From Acidobacteriota bacterium (lineage in GTDB: Bacteria; Acidobacteriota; UBA6911; RPQK01; JADFOI01): a DNA stretch of 64,000 bases. Below are positions 49,601 to 58,365 of the stretch, piece by piece. The stretch spans positions 1,696,001-1,760,000 of the forward strand of contig OY760074.1 in NCBI GenBank assembly GCA_963663035.1, written 5' to 3'. The position numbers and the translations under genes are program-made. Below the pieces are notes generated by a model. It had not been told where the DNA came from. It worked only from the letters and a program-made list of their open reading frames with translations, and did no database searches. The first letter of the stretch is position 1. Each line of letters begins with the position of its first letter.

Positions 49601-51194
49601 GGTCATTGCCAGGATCCGCTACTCCACGCCCGGGGTGGGACTGATTAGCCCACCGCCGCACCACGACATTTATTCCATTGAGGATCTCAAGCAGCTGATC
49701 CACGATCTGAAGAACTCCAATCCCAGTGCTCGGATCAGCGTCAAGCTGGTCTCAGAGGTAGGAGTGGGGACCATTGCTGCTGGTGTGACCAAAGCCCGCG
49801 CGGATCACATTCTGATTTCAGGGCACTCGGGCGGAACCGGGGCATCACCCCTGACCAGCATCAAGCATGCCGGATTGCCCTGGGAGTTGGGAATTGCGGA
49901 AACCCATCAGACTCTCGTGCTCAATGACTTGCGCTCGCGGGTCATCTTGCAAACTGATGGCGGATTGAAAACCGGGCGCGATGTGGTGGTGGCTGCTCTG
50001 CTGGGTGCTGAAGAGTTTGGCTTTTCCACGGCGCCCCTGGTGACTCTTGGCTGCATCATGATGCGCAAGTGTCATCTCAATACTTGCCCGGTGGGGATCG
50101 CGACCCAGAACCCGGTTTTACGGGAAAGGTTCAGAGGACAACCTGAGCATGTGATGAACTACTTGTTCCTGGTGGCCGAAGAGGCCAGGCAATACATGGC
50201 GAAACTGGGCTTTCGCAAGATCGATGAGATGATTGGCCGGGTGGATGCTCTGGTCACTGACAGCGCTGTTCGACACTGGAAAGCAGACGGCCTGGATCTT
50301 ACCCCGATCCTCACTCCAGCCCAGAAACCTCACGAGCAGGTGGAGGTCTACTGCACAATCCCTCAAGATCACGGTCTGGATAAGGCCCTCGACAACGAGC
50401 TCATCAAGCGCTGCCAGAGGGCCATCGAGAAGGGCGAAAAGGTCAGAATCGAGATGCCCATTCTAAATACCAACCTCACCGCAGGCACAATGCTGAGCCA
50501 CGAGATCGCCAAACAGTGGGGAGAAGAGGGTCTGCCGGATGAAACGATCCACATCAAGTTCAAGGGATCAGCGGGCCAGAGCCTGGCCTCCTGGCTGGTG
50601 AAAGGTGTGACCATCGAACTTGAGGGCGATGCCAACGACTACGTGGGCAAGGGCCTCTCGGGCGGCCGTCTGATCATCTACCCACCTCAGACCTCACGGT
50701 TCCCGGCCGAGGAAAACATCCTGATAGGCAATGTCGTCCTCTACGGCGCCACAAGTGGGGAGGCCTATTTCCGGGGTCGCGCTGCCGAAAGATTTTGCGT
50801 ACGGAATTCGGGTGCCCACACCGTGATCGAAGGGATAGGAGATCACGGCTGCGAGTACATGACCGGTGGCCGGGTGGTTATTCTTGGTCCTACCGGACGC
50901 AACTTCGCGGCCGGGATGAGTGGCGGTATCGCCTACGTCTGGGATATTGAGGGCGACTTCAGGGGCAACTGCAACCTGGGAATGGTCGAACTGCAACGCC
51001 TCGAGTCCGAGGAAGAGATAGCTGCACTTCTCGAGCTCATCGAGCGCCACCACCGATTCACAGGTTCGACGGTCGCTGAGAAAGTGCTCTCACAATGGGA
51101 CTCCATCCTCCCTCAATTTGTGAAAGTCATGCCCACCGATTACAAGCGGTTTCTGGAAGAACAGGAGCGGGAGCAAGACATAGAAGCCGCTTAG
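46653..51194 (+). CDS. gltB: Glutamate synthase large subunit
   Basis: DSCGIGF, HSRFSTNT, CTGAMSFG, QGAKPGEGG, CHLNTC. Confidence 0.98.
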   Translation: MHFPGRQGLYDPRNEKDSCGIGFLANIKGQRSHQILVDASEMLINLSHRGVCGAEANTGDGAGFLTALPYEFLAKASQKDLGLSLPPAGKFGAGVVFLPTIDKERDRCKAVIRDIVSEQGQQLLGWRTVPTDAKGADIGPAAQASQPAIEQLFIASGDDLEGAAFERQLYIIRKRASHLLRGSEMEQAKMFYICSLSTRVLVYKGQLMPKQLVPFYPDLANSDYSSHLAMIHSRFSTNTFPSWDRAQPNRFMCHNGEINTLQGNTNWMRAREGVVKSDLFGDELSKVFPIIEPDCSDSGNFDNALEFLIMTGRSLPEAVMMMIPEAWENHESMSQDKRDFYEYHSCLMEPWDGPASIAFTDGHYIGAVLDRNGLRPSRYYVTFDDRVIMASEVGVLAVDPAIVKLKGRLQPGKIFLVNFEEGRIVADGELKNDLASRRPYGKWIGKQRIQLEDLKPKSKPPGLDQTTLLPRLQAFGYTLETFQFMLLPLVREKRDPVGSMGNDSALSCLSDQPHLLYDYFKQLFAQVTNPAIDSIREEVIMSLKCYIGPEGNLLETTEAQAHRLLVNHPILSNQELAAIKDMDSGGWKTQTLDLTWPKSEGQEGMVAALDRICAQAEKAIDDGFSLLVLSDRAVGNDRVPLSSLMACGAVHNHLVRSAKRTRIGIVLESGEAREVHHHCLLIGYGADAINPYLVFEALRQVCRDGLLEDEYTDETIIAAYRKGVAKGMLKVMAKMGISTLQSYKGAQIFEAVGLGADIIDRCFTGTASRVQGVDLDVLATEAVRRHALGYPERKNDIQAVLPNPGEFHWRARGEKHAWTPQVISDLQVAARTDSREAYQRFAKLINKDSRTRCTLRGLLRFRKKVNSGPIPLEEVEPASEIVKRFCTGAMSFGSISKETHESLALAMNRIGGKSNTGEGGEDPKRFLPLPNGDSKRSAIKQVASGRFGVTMWYLTNADELQIKIAQGAKPGEGGELPGYKVDKVIARIRYSTPGVGLISPPPHHDIYSIEDLKQLIHDLKNSNPSARISVKLVSEVGVGTIAAGVTKARADHILISGHSGGTGASPLTSIKHAGLPWELGIAETHQTLVLNDLRSRVILQTDGGLKTGRDVVVAALLGAEEFGFSTAPLVTLGCIMMRKCHLNTCPVGIATQNPVLRERFRGQPEHVMNYLFLVAEEARQYMAKLGFRKIDEMIGRVDALVTDSAVRHWKADGLDLTPILTPAQKPHEQVEVYCTIPQDHGLDKALDNELIKRCQRAIEKGEKVRIEMPILNTNLTAGTMLSHEIAKQWGEEGLPDETIHIKFKGSAGQSLASWLVKGVTIELEGDANDYVGKGLSGGRLIIYPPQTSRFPAEENILIGNVVLYGATSGEAYFRGRAAERFCVRNSGAHTVIEGIGDHGCEYMTGGRVVILGPTGRNFAAGMSGGIAYVWDIEGDFRGNCNLGMVELQRLESEEEIAALLELIERHHRFTGSTVAEKVLSQWDSILPQFVKVMPTDYKRFLEEQEREQDIEAA

Positions 51195-51250
51195 CCGGGA
51201 TTATTCATAGGTTCTCGTCACGAAGCGGCGAAAGCGCCGGACTGACGGTC
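51192..51250. repeat. Left-end MITE remnant starting at the gltB stop codon
   Basis: TAGCCGGGATTATTCATAGGTTCTCGTCACGAAGCGGCGAAAGCGCCGG resembles 42896-42945 and 19010-19035. Confidence 0.65.
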
Positions 51251-51319
51251 AACGATTGATCTTGAGCCGTTGGACCCGCAGGCTGAGAGGGAAAAGACGG
51301 CTGATAAAGGAGGAGAACC

Positions 51320-52786
51320 GTTACCGATAAGAACACAGGCTTCCTGGAAGTTCAGCGCAAGCCGGTACCCTACCGACCGCCCGAGGAGCGCCTCAAGGAT
51401 TACCGCGATATCCTTGCGCAGGTTCCTGAAGACCATCTCAAGTCCCAGGGAGTCCGCTGCATGGACTGTGGTGTGCCCTTCTGCCAATCCGAAACCGGTT
51501 GTCCCATAGACAATCTGATTCCGGAGTGGAACGAACTGGTCTACCGGGGACTATGGCAGGAAGCTCTAAATCGTTTGCACCAGACCAATAACTTCCCCGA
51601 GTTCACGGGCCGGGTGTGTCCCGCACCTTGTGAGGGCGCGTGCGTTCTGGGAATCACAGATCCACCGGTCACCATCAAAAATATTGAGAACGCTATCATC
51701 GATCGCGGATTCGCTGAAGGTTGGGTCAAAGCAGAGCCTCCCCCACAGCGCACCGGTAAGAAGGTGGCCATCGTCGGTTCGGGTCCGGCGGGACTGTCCG
51801 CTGCCGCCCAGCTCAACAAGGTGGGTCACCGGGTCAGTGTTTACGAGCGCGATGACCGTATCGGTGGTCTTCTGATGTATGGCATACCACCCATGAAGCT
51901 TGAAAAGGAGATGGTAGAGCGCCGCGTGAAGCTTTTGCGAGAAGAAGGGATTGAATTTGTGACCAACGCCCATGTGGGGGTGAATATGGAGATCCAGGAG
52001 CTGGTCGCCAACAACGATGCTCTCCTTCTGGCCTGTGGGGCCACCAGGCCCCGCGATTTACCCATTCCGGGACGCCAGCTCAAGGGCATTCACTTCGCCA
52101 TGGAGTTCCTGCTCAAGAGTACCAAGAGTTTTCTCGACTCCGGGTTCAGGGATGCCAATTACATTTCCGCCAAGGACAAGGATGTGATCGTTATAGGCGG
52201 CGGTGACACGGGGACAGACTGCATCGGCACATCCATGCGCCATGAATGCAAGTCTTTGGTGAACTTCGAGTTACTGGAAAAGCCCCCGGATCAGAGAGCC
52301 CCAGACAACCCCTGGCCTCAGTGGCCTCTCATCTACCGCGTCGAGTATGGCCACAGTGAAGTGGCTGCCAGGTTCGGCAAGGATCCTCGCGAGTTCAGCA
52401 TTCTTTCCAAAGAGTTCATCGACGATGGCAGTGGACACGTGGTCGGTATCCAGACGGTCAGTGTGGAATGGAAGAAGGACAGTAACGGCCGCCTCCAGAT
52501 GCAGGAAATCCCCGGCTCAGAGCAGGAATGGAAGACCAACCTGGTTCTTCTGGCGATGGGTTTTCTCGGTCCTGAGGAGAATCTGGTTCCCCAGCTGGGC
52601 CTGGAAACCGATCAGCGCTCCAATTTCAAGGCCGAATTCGGTCAGTATGCCACCAGCATTGAGGGAATCTTTGCAGCTGGCGATTGCCGTCGCGGTCAGT
52701 CTCTGATCGTCTGGGCCATGCGGGAGGGTCGAGATGCAGCCAGGGAAATCGACAGGTACATTATGGGGAGAACCATGCTACCGTGA
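51320..52786 (+). CDS. gltD: Glutamate synthase small subunit; apparent GTT start
   Basis: Frame open from 51320 ([13 protein letters not shown]...[10 protein letters not shown]); AAGGAGG SD just upstream; GSGPAG, GGGDTG. Confidence 0.93.
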   Translation, partial: VTDKNTGFLEVQRKPVPYRPPEERLKDYRDILAQVPEDHLKSQGVRCMDCGVPFCQSETGCPIDNLIPEWNELVYRGLWQEALNRLHQTNNFPEFTGRVCPAPCEGACVLGITDPPVTIKNIENAIIDRGFAEGWVKAEPPPQRTGKKVAIVGSGPAGLSAAAQLNKVGHRVSVYERDDRIGGLLMYGIPPMKLEKEMVERRVKLLREEGIEFVTNAHVGVNMEIQELVANNDALLLACGATRPRDLPIPGRQLKGIHFAMEFLLKSTKSFLDSGFRDANYISAKDKDVIVIGGGDTGTDCIGTSMRHECKSLVNFELLEKPPDQRAPDNPWPQWPLIYRVEYGHSEVAARFGKDPREFSILSKEFIDDGSGHVVGIQTVSVEWKKDSNGRLQMQEIPGSEQEWKTNLVLLAMGFLGPEENLVPQLGLETDQRSNFKAEFGQYATSIEGIFAAGDCRRGQSLIVWAMREGRDAAREIDRYIMGRTMLP

Positions 52787-52788
52787 AC

Positions 52789-52875
52789 GCTGACAACTGA
52801 CAACTGACAGCTGACAGCTGAAATCCCAAATCTGAAACCTAGAACCTCGACCTTGAATCCTGGATTCTGAATTCT
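52789..52875. repeat. CTGACA(A/G) and mixed heptamer arrays
   Basis: 52820-52875 resembles the reverse complement of 56859-56912. Confidence 0.75.
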
Positions 52876-52897
52876 CTCCCCTGTCAGGGGTCAGCGG

Positions 52898-53635
52898 TCA
52901 GGTTTCCCCCACGATCTCCAGAATTTGAACCAGCTTCTGAATGGTCCATTTCGGCTGAACTGGGAGATCTTCGGGTGGAGGTTTCTCCACCAGCCAAGCC
53001 ACTTGAAAACCCTGCCGGCTGGCGCCATAAACGTCATCATCCGGGTCATCTCCGATATAGAGACACCTGTGGGGAGAATATTCAGTTTTCTCCAACAACA
53101 CCTTAAAAAACTGATCCCCTGGTTTACGCCACCCCACCTCATCGGAGATGAAGATCGCCTCAAAGCACTCTTCCAGACCGAAGCGACGGAGAGCACGACG
53201 AACTGTCAATGCATGGTCGAAATTGGAGGCCAGAATGAGGGGAAACTCGGTCAGTTTCTTCAAGACGGCTCTATTATCGTCAGGGAAATACATGATGCGA
53301 AACATTTCATCCATATGAACCTTTACCATGAACTCGGCTGCCGACTTCTCCTGGATATTCAGCCGCTTGGACACAAGCCGAAAGCGCTCCAGACAGGAGA
53401 ATTCCCGGCACTCTTCGCTTCTCCACTGGGTAACGATTTCCCGACTCTTTTGGAACTCTTCCAGAAAACGCTGGTAAGAAATGGAGGGGTTCAGTTTTTC
53501 CCGAAGCTGACGGTAGACTTCTACACTGGTCGTCGGAAGCGGTTGTCCCTTGAACTCAACCTCCGGAAGCAGAGAGAAATCAAAGTGGAGAATGGTGTTG
53601 AAGAGATCTAAAAAGATGGCCTGAAATTTCACCAC
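52898..53635 (-). CDS. HAD-family hydrolase
   Basis: FLDLFNT, ASNFD, GWRKP, IGDDPDDD. Confidence 0.88.
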   Translation of the reverse strand: MVKFQAIFLDLFNTILHFDFSLLPEVEFKGQPLPTTSVEVYRQLREKLNPSISYQRFLEEFQKSREIVTQWRSEECREFSCLERFRLVSKRLNIQEKSAAEFMVKVHMDEMFRIMYFPDDNRAVLKKLTEFPLILASNFDHALTVRRALRRFGLEECFEAIFISDEVGWRKPGDQFFKVLLEKTEYSPHRCLYIGDDPDDDVYGASRQGFQVAWLVEKPPPEDLPVQPKWTIQKLVQILEIVGET

Positions 53636-53650
53636 CTGGGTGCCCCTGCG

Positions 53651-53805
53651 CTAGCCCGCACTTCTCACACCCGCTCTACTGCATCGGCGCAATGATCCAA
53701 CCTGACTGCGTTGCGCGACCCGCACAAGCGGGTACCCCTCGCGCGCCTTGTCAGGCCGGTCCTTTCGCCGCTTCGCGACGACCTGGTGTGAGAAATGCGG
53801 GCTGG
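53651..53805. mobile_element. MITE-like element (inverted relative of 18988-19187)
   Basis: TIR CTAGCCCGCACTTCTCACACC / GGTGTGAGAAATGCGGGCTGG. Confidence 0.8.
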
Positions 53806-53829
53806 TCCCTCTATGGGGTGTCTCAAGAA

Positions 53830-54378
53830 TTACTCTGTCTGTGAGGCAAACTGCGGATCAGGCTCAATTTGTAAGGCAAGTATGAACCGGTTGATCATAT
53901 TGAAGAAGCCGATCAGAACAATCAACTCCACCACTTGATCGGAGGTAAAGTGATTGTCAAGCTGCAGCCAGTAATCATCCGGTAACTCATCCGGCTGCAG
54001 GCTGACCAGTTCGGCAAGTTGCAGAACTTCCTTCTCATAGTAGTTGAAGAGCTCACTACTTGCATAATCATCCATTGCCTCGATCTGTTCGTCTGTCCAC
54101 CCCAGTTTTCTGGCCAAGTCCGTGTAACAGATGATCGTGTATTTGCACTTGTGCAGTTTACAAGTCTTGAGAATGGCCAATTGCCGGAGTTTTTCGCTCA
54201 AGCCGGTCTCACCCAAGAGCCTGCGATAGAGGTCCGCCACCGCCTCCAGGAAATTCCCGCTGTGGGCCAGGGTCTTGATGAAGTTTGGAACAAATCCAAT
54301 GTCCTGTTCCATCTGAGAATACACTGCCCTGATGTTATGATTGGCCGCATCTAACTCGACGGGTAAGTATTTTGGCAT
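53830..54378 (-). CDS. Carboxymuconolactone decarboxylase/AhpD-family protein
   Basis: VPNFIKTLAHS, HKCKY, L..HFTSDQVVEL...IGFFNMINR. Confidence 0.8.
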   Translation of the reverse strand: MPKYLPVELDAANHNIRAVYSQMEQDIGFVPNFIKTLAHSGNFLEAVADLYRRLLGETGLSEKLRQLAILKTCKLHKCKYTIICYTDLARKLGWTDEQIEAMDDYASSELFNYYEKEVLQLAELVSLQPDELPDDYWLQLDNHFTSDQVVELIVLIGFFNMINRFILALQIEPDPQFASQTE

Positions 54379-54549
54379 CCTTTCCTCCGGCGCTGAATAT
54401 TAGCATTGCCAGGCTCAGCTGACAACCGCGCAACTCACACCAATGGGTCGAGCACTGTGATCCCTGGGATTCGCCGGAAAGAAGTATCCCGGGTCAGGCG
54501 GAGTCTGGCCGATCAAGGGTAAACAAACCATTCGGGCTGACAAAAGATA

Positions 54550-54703
54550 CTTGGCCCCGTTATGGTCGAAAATACGATTAGGGCCTCTATCGTGTTAAAG
54601 AGTATGTAGACCTCTACAAGACGCGAGGCATAGGAGTCATTGGACCACCAGTCCGGTTTAACTGTCGGCCTGAAGTGACTGTGATCACACTGGTTCGAGC
54701 CTG
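54550..54703 (+). pseudogene. Degenerate copy of the 3' end of the metallophosphoesterase gene
   Basis: Aligns with 57735-57885; CAG to TAG stop and an indel. Confidence 0.85.
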
Positions 54704-54985
54704 GTTCTCGGGACGGAACTCGTTCGCTCACCTATGTCAGCGACGAACACGAAACGCCCAAAACGACTATACCTGATCCCCTCCCTGGATCACAAGAAGG
54801 GTCTATACCCTAAAATGCTTTGCAACTAACTGATTCTTAAGCTCTTAAAGTCGAAATCAGCACTGAGTAAAATGTTGCAACTATTGTGTAAGTTATTGTA
54901 ATTGTTGGAGTTCTAGCAAAAAATGCTTGTTTTTCCTTACTTGTACTGTCAGGATAAGTGTAGATAAATCTAGATAAGGACCCTT

Positions 54986-55648
54986 ATGAGGGAGAGGACC
55001 ATGAGAAAAAGAGCGATGAGCTACTTACTGCCGGGCCTAGTCGTGTTGGTCTTGTTGTTTGGCATGACCGGGCCGGCTAGAGCGGATTCCGTAAACCTCG
55101 TGGTTAACGGGACATTTGACACGAATCTGGATGGATGGACCACTTCTGGCTCAGGTAATGACCCACCTGGTGTCACGTGGATTCTCGAAACGGCCCGTGT
55201 CGGACAACCCGGTACGCCAGGCAACTCGTTTATTTCGCAGGCGTTCAGTTTTAGCGGTACAGATCTCTCAATCAGCTTTAGCTACGAGTGGCAGGTAAAT
55301 AAGCCCGTCATAGAAGATTTCTTCACGGCTGAACTGCTTTACGACAACACGGCGGGGGGGGTCGGGGTCACTACGATACAACTTTTGAATGAGGGTAGCC
55401 AAAGCGGCAATTTTAATACCACGGTGTCGTTTAGTAGCATGGTGTCACTCACAGACCTCGCCGCCGGCTCTAACAACGTAACAATCTGGTTTGGGCTTAA
55501 CGAGAACAACGAGACTGCGGGAACGGGAACACGTATCGAGCTCGACAATGTGTACGTCCAGTCGGTACCGGAACCCTCTACCCTAGCACTCCTTGGTGTT
55601 GGACTTCTGGTCGGAGGCTTCGCCGGATTCGGGAAGAGATTCCTATAG
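54986..55648 (+). CDS. PEP-CTERM protein
   Basis: Signal peptide ARA|DS; NLVVNGTFD; VPEPSTLALLG...KR. Confidence 0.92.
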   Translation: MRERTMRKRAMSYLLPGLVVLVLLFGMTGPARADSVNLVVNGTFDTNLDGWTTSGSGNDPPGVTWILETARVGQPGTPGNSFISQAFSFSGTDLSISFSYEWQVNKPVIEDFFTAELLYDNTAGGVGVTTIQLLNEGSQSGNFNTTVSFSSMVSLTDLAAGSNNVTIWFGLNENNETAGTGTRIELDNVYVQSVPEPSTLALLGVGLLVGGFAGFGKRFL

Positions 55649-55657
55649 GTTTTAAGT

Positions 55658-55711
55658 CAGTCTAAGACAAGAAAGGCCACCCTATAGGGTGGCCTTTCTT
55701 GTCTTAGACTG
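55658..55711. terminator. Perfect 54-bp palindrome, probable bidirectional terminator
   Basis: CAGTCTAAGACAAGAAAGGCCACCCTA|TAGGGTGGCCTTTCTTGTCTTAGACTG between convergent genes. Confidence 0.8.
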
Positions 55712-55926
55712 TAATTTTGGTTACTTAGAGAAGGTTCCTGTCCCCATCTCGCTCCTTGAGCTGAGCCGCTTTGAGAGCGGCCGCTACAACTGCGAAAAAT
55801 AGACGACTCCCTTCCCTTCGAGGAACTGGTCACACAGTGGGGACGGAAGTTTCTTCAGGTGCCTGCCGGCCCTCCGGGTCCAAGCAAACCGCGCTACGAA
55901 GTCAGATCAGTAATCAGTTTCGGGAG

Positions 55927-56826
55927 CTAGTCGGGATTGCTTCGTTTGTAAGATGCGTACTGGCGGTCGGCCAGGTAGCTGGAGCGAACCAGAGGACCGC
56001 TTTCAACGTGCTGGAAGCCCATTGTCTCTCCGACCTCCTTCCAATAGCGAAACTCCTGGGGATAATAGTAACGGACCACTGGCAGATGCCACCGAGTGGG
56101 ACGCAGGTACTGTCCCAACGTCAGGAGACTAACCCCCACCTCCACCAGATCGCCCATCACCTGCTCGATCTCCTCCCTCCTCTCACCCAGCCCCAGCATC
56201 ATCCCCGTCTTGGTGACGACTTCCGGTGCCCACTGCTTGGCTCGAAGGAGAAGCTCCAGTGAGCGCTTGTACTCTCCCCCTCCCCGAGCCTTCGGAAAAA
56301 GACGAGGGACCGTTTCAATGTTGTGATTCAAGATGTCCGGTTGTGCCTCCAGGACAACCTGCAGTGAGTCGGCTGAGCCTTTGAAATCAGGAATGAGAAC
56401 TTCCAAAACACAGCCGGGACAGCGGCGACGAATAGCCTCCATGGTCGCTGCAAAAGTCCCGGCACCTCCATCCTCCAGATCATCGCGATCGACCGAGGTG
56501 ATGACCACATGCCTCAGACCCATCACCTGAACCGCTTCGGCTACCCTGGCGGGTTCGGCCGGATCCAATTCCAGCGGACTTCCCTTACTCACAGCACAAT
56601 AACGACACCCCCGGGTGCAGACATCTCCGAGAATCATGAAGGTGGCCACGCCATGACGCCAACACTCCCCCATGTTGGGACACATTGCTTCCTGGCAAAC
56701 GGTATGCAGCTTCAGCCCTCCCAGAAGCCGTTTCAGCTCATGCACTTCTTCACCAAATGCAGCGCGCACTTTTAACCAGGGAGGGTGCCGATGTTGTCGG
56801 GGACCGATCTGAGACGGCTTTTCCAT
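55927..56826 (-). CDS. lipA: Lipoyl synthase
   Basis: CQEAMCPNMGEC, CTRGCRYC, HNIET, GQYLRP, RSSY. Confidence 0.96.
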   Translation of the reverse strand: MEKPSQIGPRQHRHPPWLKVRAAFGEEVHELKRLLGGLKLHTVCQEAMCPNMGECWRHGVATFMILGDVCTRGCRYCAVSKGSPLELDPAEPARVAEAVQVMGLRHVVITSVDRDDLEDGGAGTFAATMEAIRRRCPGCVLEVLIPDFKGSADSLQVVLEAQPDILNHNIETVPRLFPKARGGGEYKRSLELLLRAKQWAPEVVTKTGMMLGLGERREEIEQVMGDLVEVGVSLLTLGQYLRPTRWHLPVVRYYYPQEFRYWKEVGETMGFQHVESGPLVRSSYLADRQYASYKRSNPD

Positions 56827-56918
56827 TTTCCCCACCATAGCAGAATCTGAGGGAATGCAGAATCCAGAATCCTGAATTCAAGATCCAGGTTTCAGGTTTC
56901 AGATTTGTAATTTGGGAG

Positions 56919-56983
56919 TTCAGCCGCTTCGACACCAGCCGAAAGCGCTCCAGGCAGGAGAACTCCCGACACTCTTCGCTTCT
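56919..56983 (-). pseudogene. 65-bp internal fragment of a second allele of the HAD gene
   Basis: Matches 53358-53422 with 5 substitutions and the same peptide SEECREFSCLERFRLVSKRLN. Confidence 0.85.
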
Positions 56984-57022
56984 TCCTTGATGCTCCTTCC
57001 TTGACTTGTGTAGACTGGACGG

Positions 57023-57886
57023 ATGCTGCACAACCTGGATCGAAGAACGATCCTGAAGATATTTGGATGCACCGTTGTCGGCTCAGGTGTCGCTGCTTTT
57101 GGCCTGCAGCGGTACAGCACTCATATTGAGACCCAATGGCTCCAGACTGAGAGAGTTACCATTCCGGTGAAGCATCTGGGGTCCTCCTTTGACGGCTTCA
57201 AGATCGTCCACTTAAGTGATTTCCATCTCTATCCGCATACACAGATTGAACTTATCGAGCGGGCCGTTGGGACTGCGAACAGGCTCCGCCCGGACTTAAT
57301 TGCTTTGACCGGGGATTACGTTTCCGGATACAGGTCGAGAAACTCGGAAGCGATTTTCGACTTAGCCCCTGTTCTCAGCAAACTCAATGCGAAGTATGGC
57401 GTTTTCTCTGTTTTAGGAAATCATGACTACGCGACAAATGAAGACATTGTGCTGGCCGGTTTAGAGGAGTCTGGATTACCCGTCCTAAGGAACGACGGCT
57501 TGGCTTTGAGCAAGGGTCAGCAGACTTTGTATTTGGCGGGTTTGGATGACGGAAGGCGGGGTCGTCCAGACTTATCCAAGGCACTTGAGAAACGGCCAGG
57601 CAATGTGCCAACTATACTGCTTCTCCATGAACCTGATTTTGCTGACACCTATTCTGCCGATGGCACAATTTCTCTGCAACTCTCGGGGCACAGCCACGGT
57701 GGTCAGATCCGACTACCTGGAGTCGGTGCGCTCGCTTTGCCCCGTTATGGTCGAAAATACGATCAGGGTCTTTATCGTGTTAAAGATATGTGGGTCTATA
57801 CGACGCGCGGCATTGGAGTCATTGCTCCACCAGTGCGGTTTAATTGTCGACCTGAAGTGACTGAGATCACGCTCGTTCGAGCCTAG
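57023..57886 (+). CDS. Tat-exported metallophosphoesterase (YkuE-like)
   Basis: DRRTILK; LSDFH, TGDY, GNHD, HEPD, SGHSHGGQ. Confidence 0.9.
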   Translation: MLHNLDRRTILKIFGCTVVGSGVAAFGLQRYSTHIETQWLQTERVTIPVKHLGSSFDGFKIVHLSDFHLYPHTQIELIERAVGTANRLRPDLIALTGDYVSGYRSRNSEAIFDLAPVLSKLNAKYGVFSVLGNHDYATNEDIVLAGLEESGLPVLRNDGLALSKGQQTLYLAGLDDGRRGRPDLSKALEKRPGNVPTILLLHEPDFADTYSADGTISLQLSGHSHGGQIRLPGVGALALPRYGRKYDQGLYRVKDMWVYTTRGIGVIAPPVRFNCRPEVTEITLVRA

Positions 57887-58102
57887 CTTTGGCGCACACG
57901 TACAGGGGACAGTTCTCTATTCCTACAACACTGCCCTGAAGAAGCACCTGCGACCTGCCTCCAATAATGTGTATCGACGTGCAGTTGTTGAGTATTTGCG
58001 TGCACATCTTACAACGATATCCTCCGTAAAGTATTGTCAATCAACACTCGCATGGTTTGGCCCTGGAATTGCTCTCTATAAACTAATAATAAGGGTCGAA
58101 TT

Positions 58103-58365
58103 ATGTTTAGTGGGCCCATTTCAGGAGGTTCCCATTTGGTAGTGAGGTCGGCGTTACTTGTTCTGGTCGCGATCTGTTTCGGCACCCTTCCTCTACAGGC
58201 AGGTACGGTCACGCTCAGCGGCACCGAGTGGACTCTCTCGGTCGGTCTCATCGGAACCGAAAACGGAACGAAACCTATCGAGTAACGCTGAGAGCCGATA
58301 CCGAATATTACACTCAGAGGGGGACGTTCCTTTCCGATGTGGCCTTCAAGATCAGCGATAGGACC
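58103..58365 (+). pseudogene. N-terminal part of an exported (probably PEP-CTERM) protein, frameshifted and cut by the IS
   Basis: Signal peptide PLQA|GT; after a frameshift near 58270 continues ETYRVTLRADTEYY...DVAFKISDRT up to the IS. Confidence 0.55.

Noticed and set aside
55658-55711. Protelomerase target site
   Set aside because: The size is similar, but there is no protelomerase or phage gene in the window, and the position fits a terminator
54550-57886. DGR template/variable repeat pair
   Set aside because: Differences are not adenine-specific and no reverse transcriptase is present
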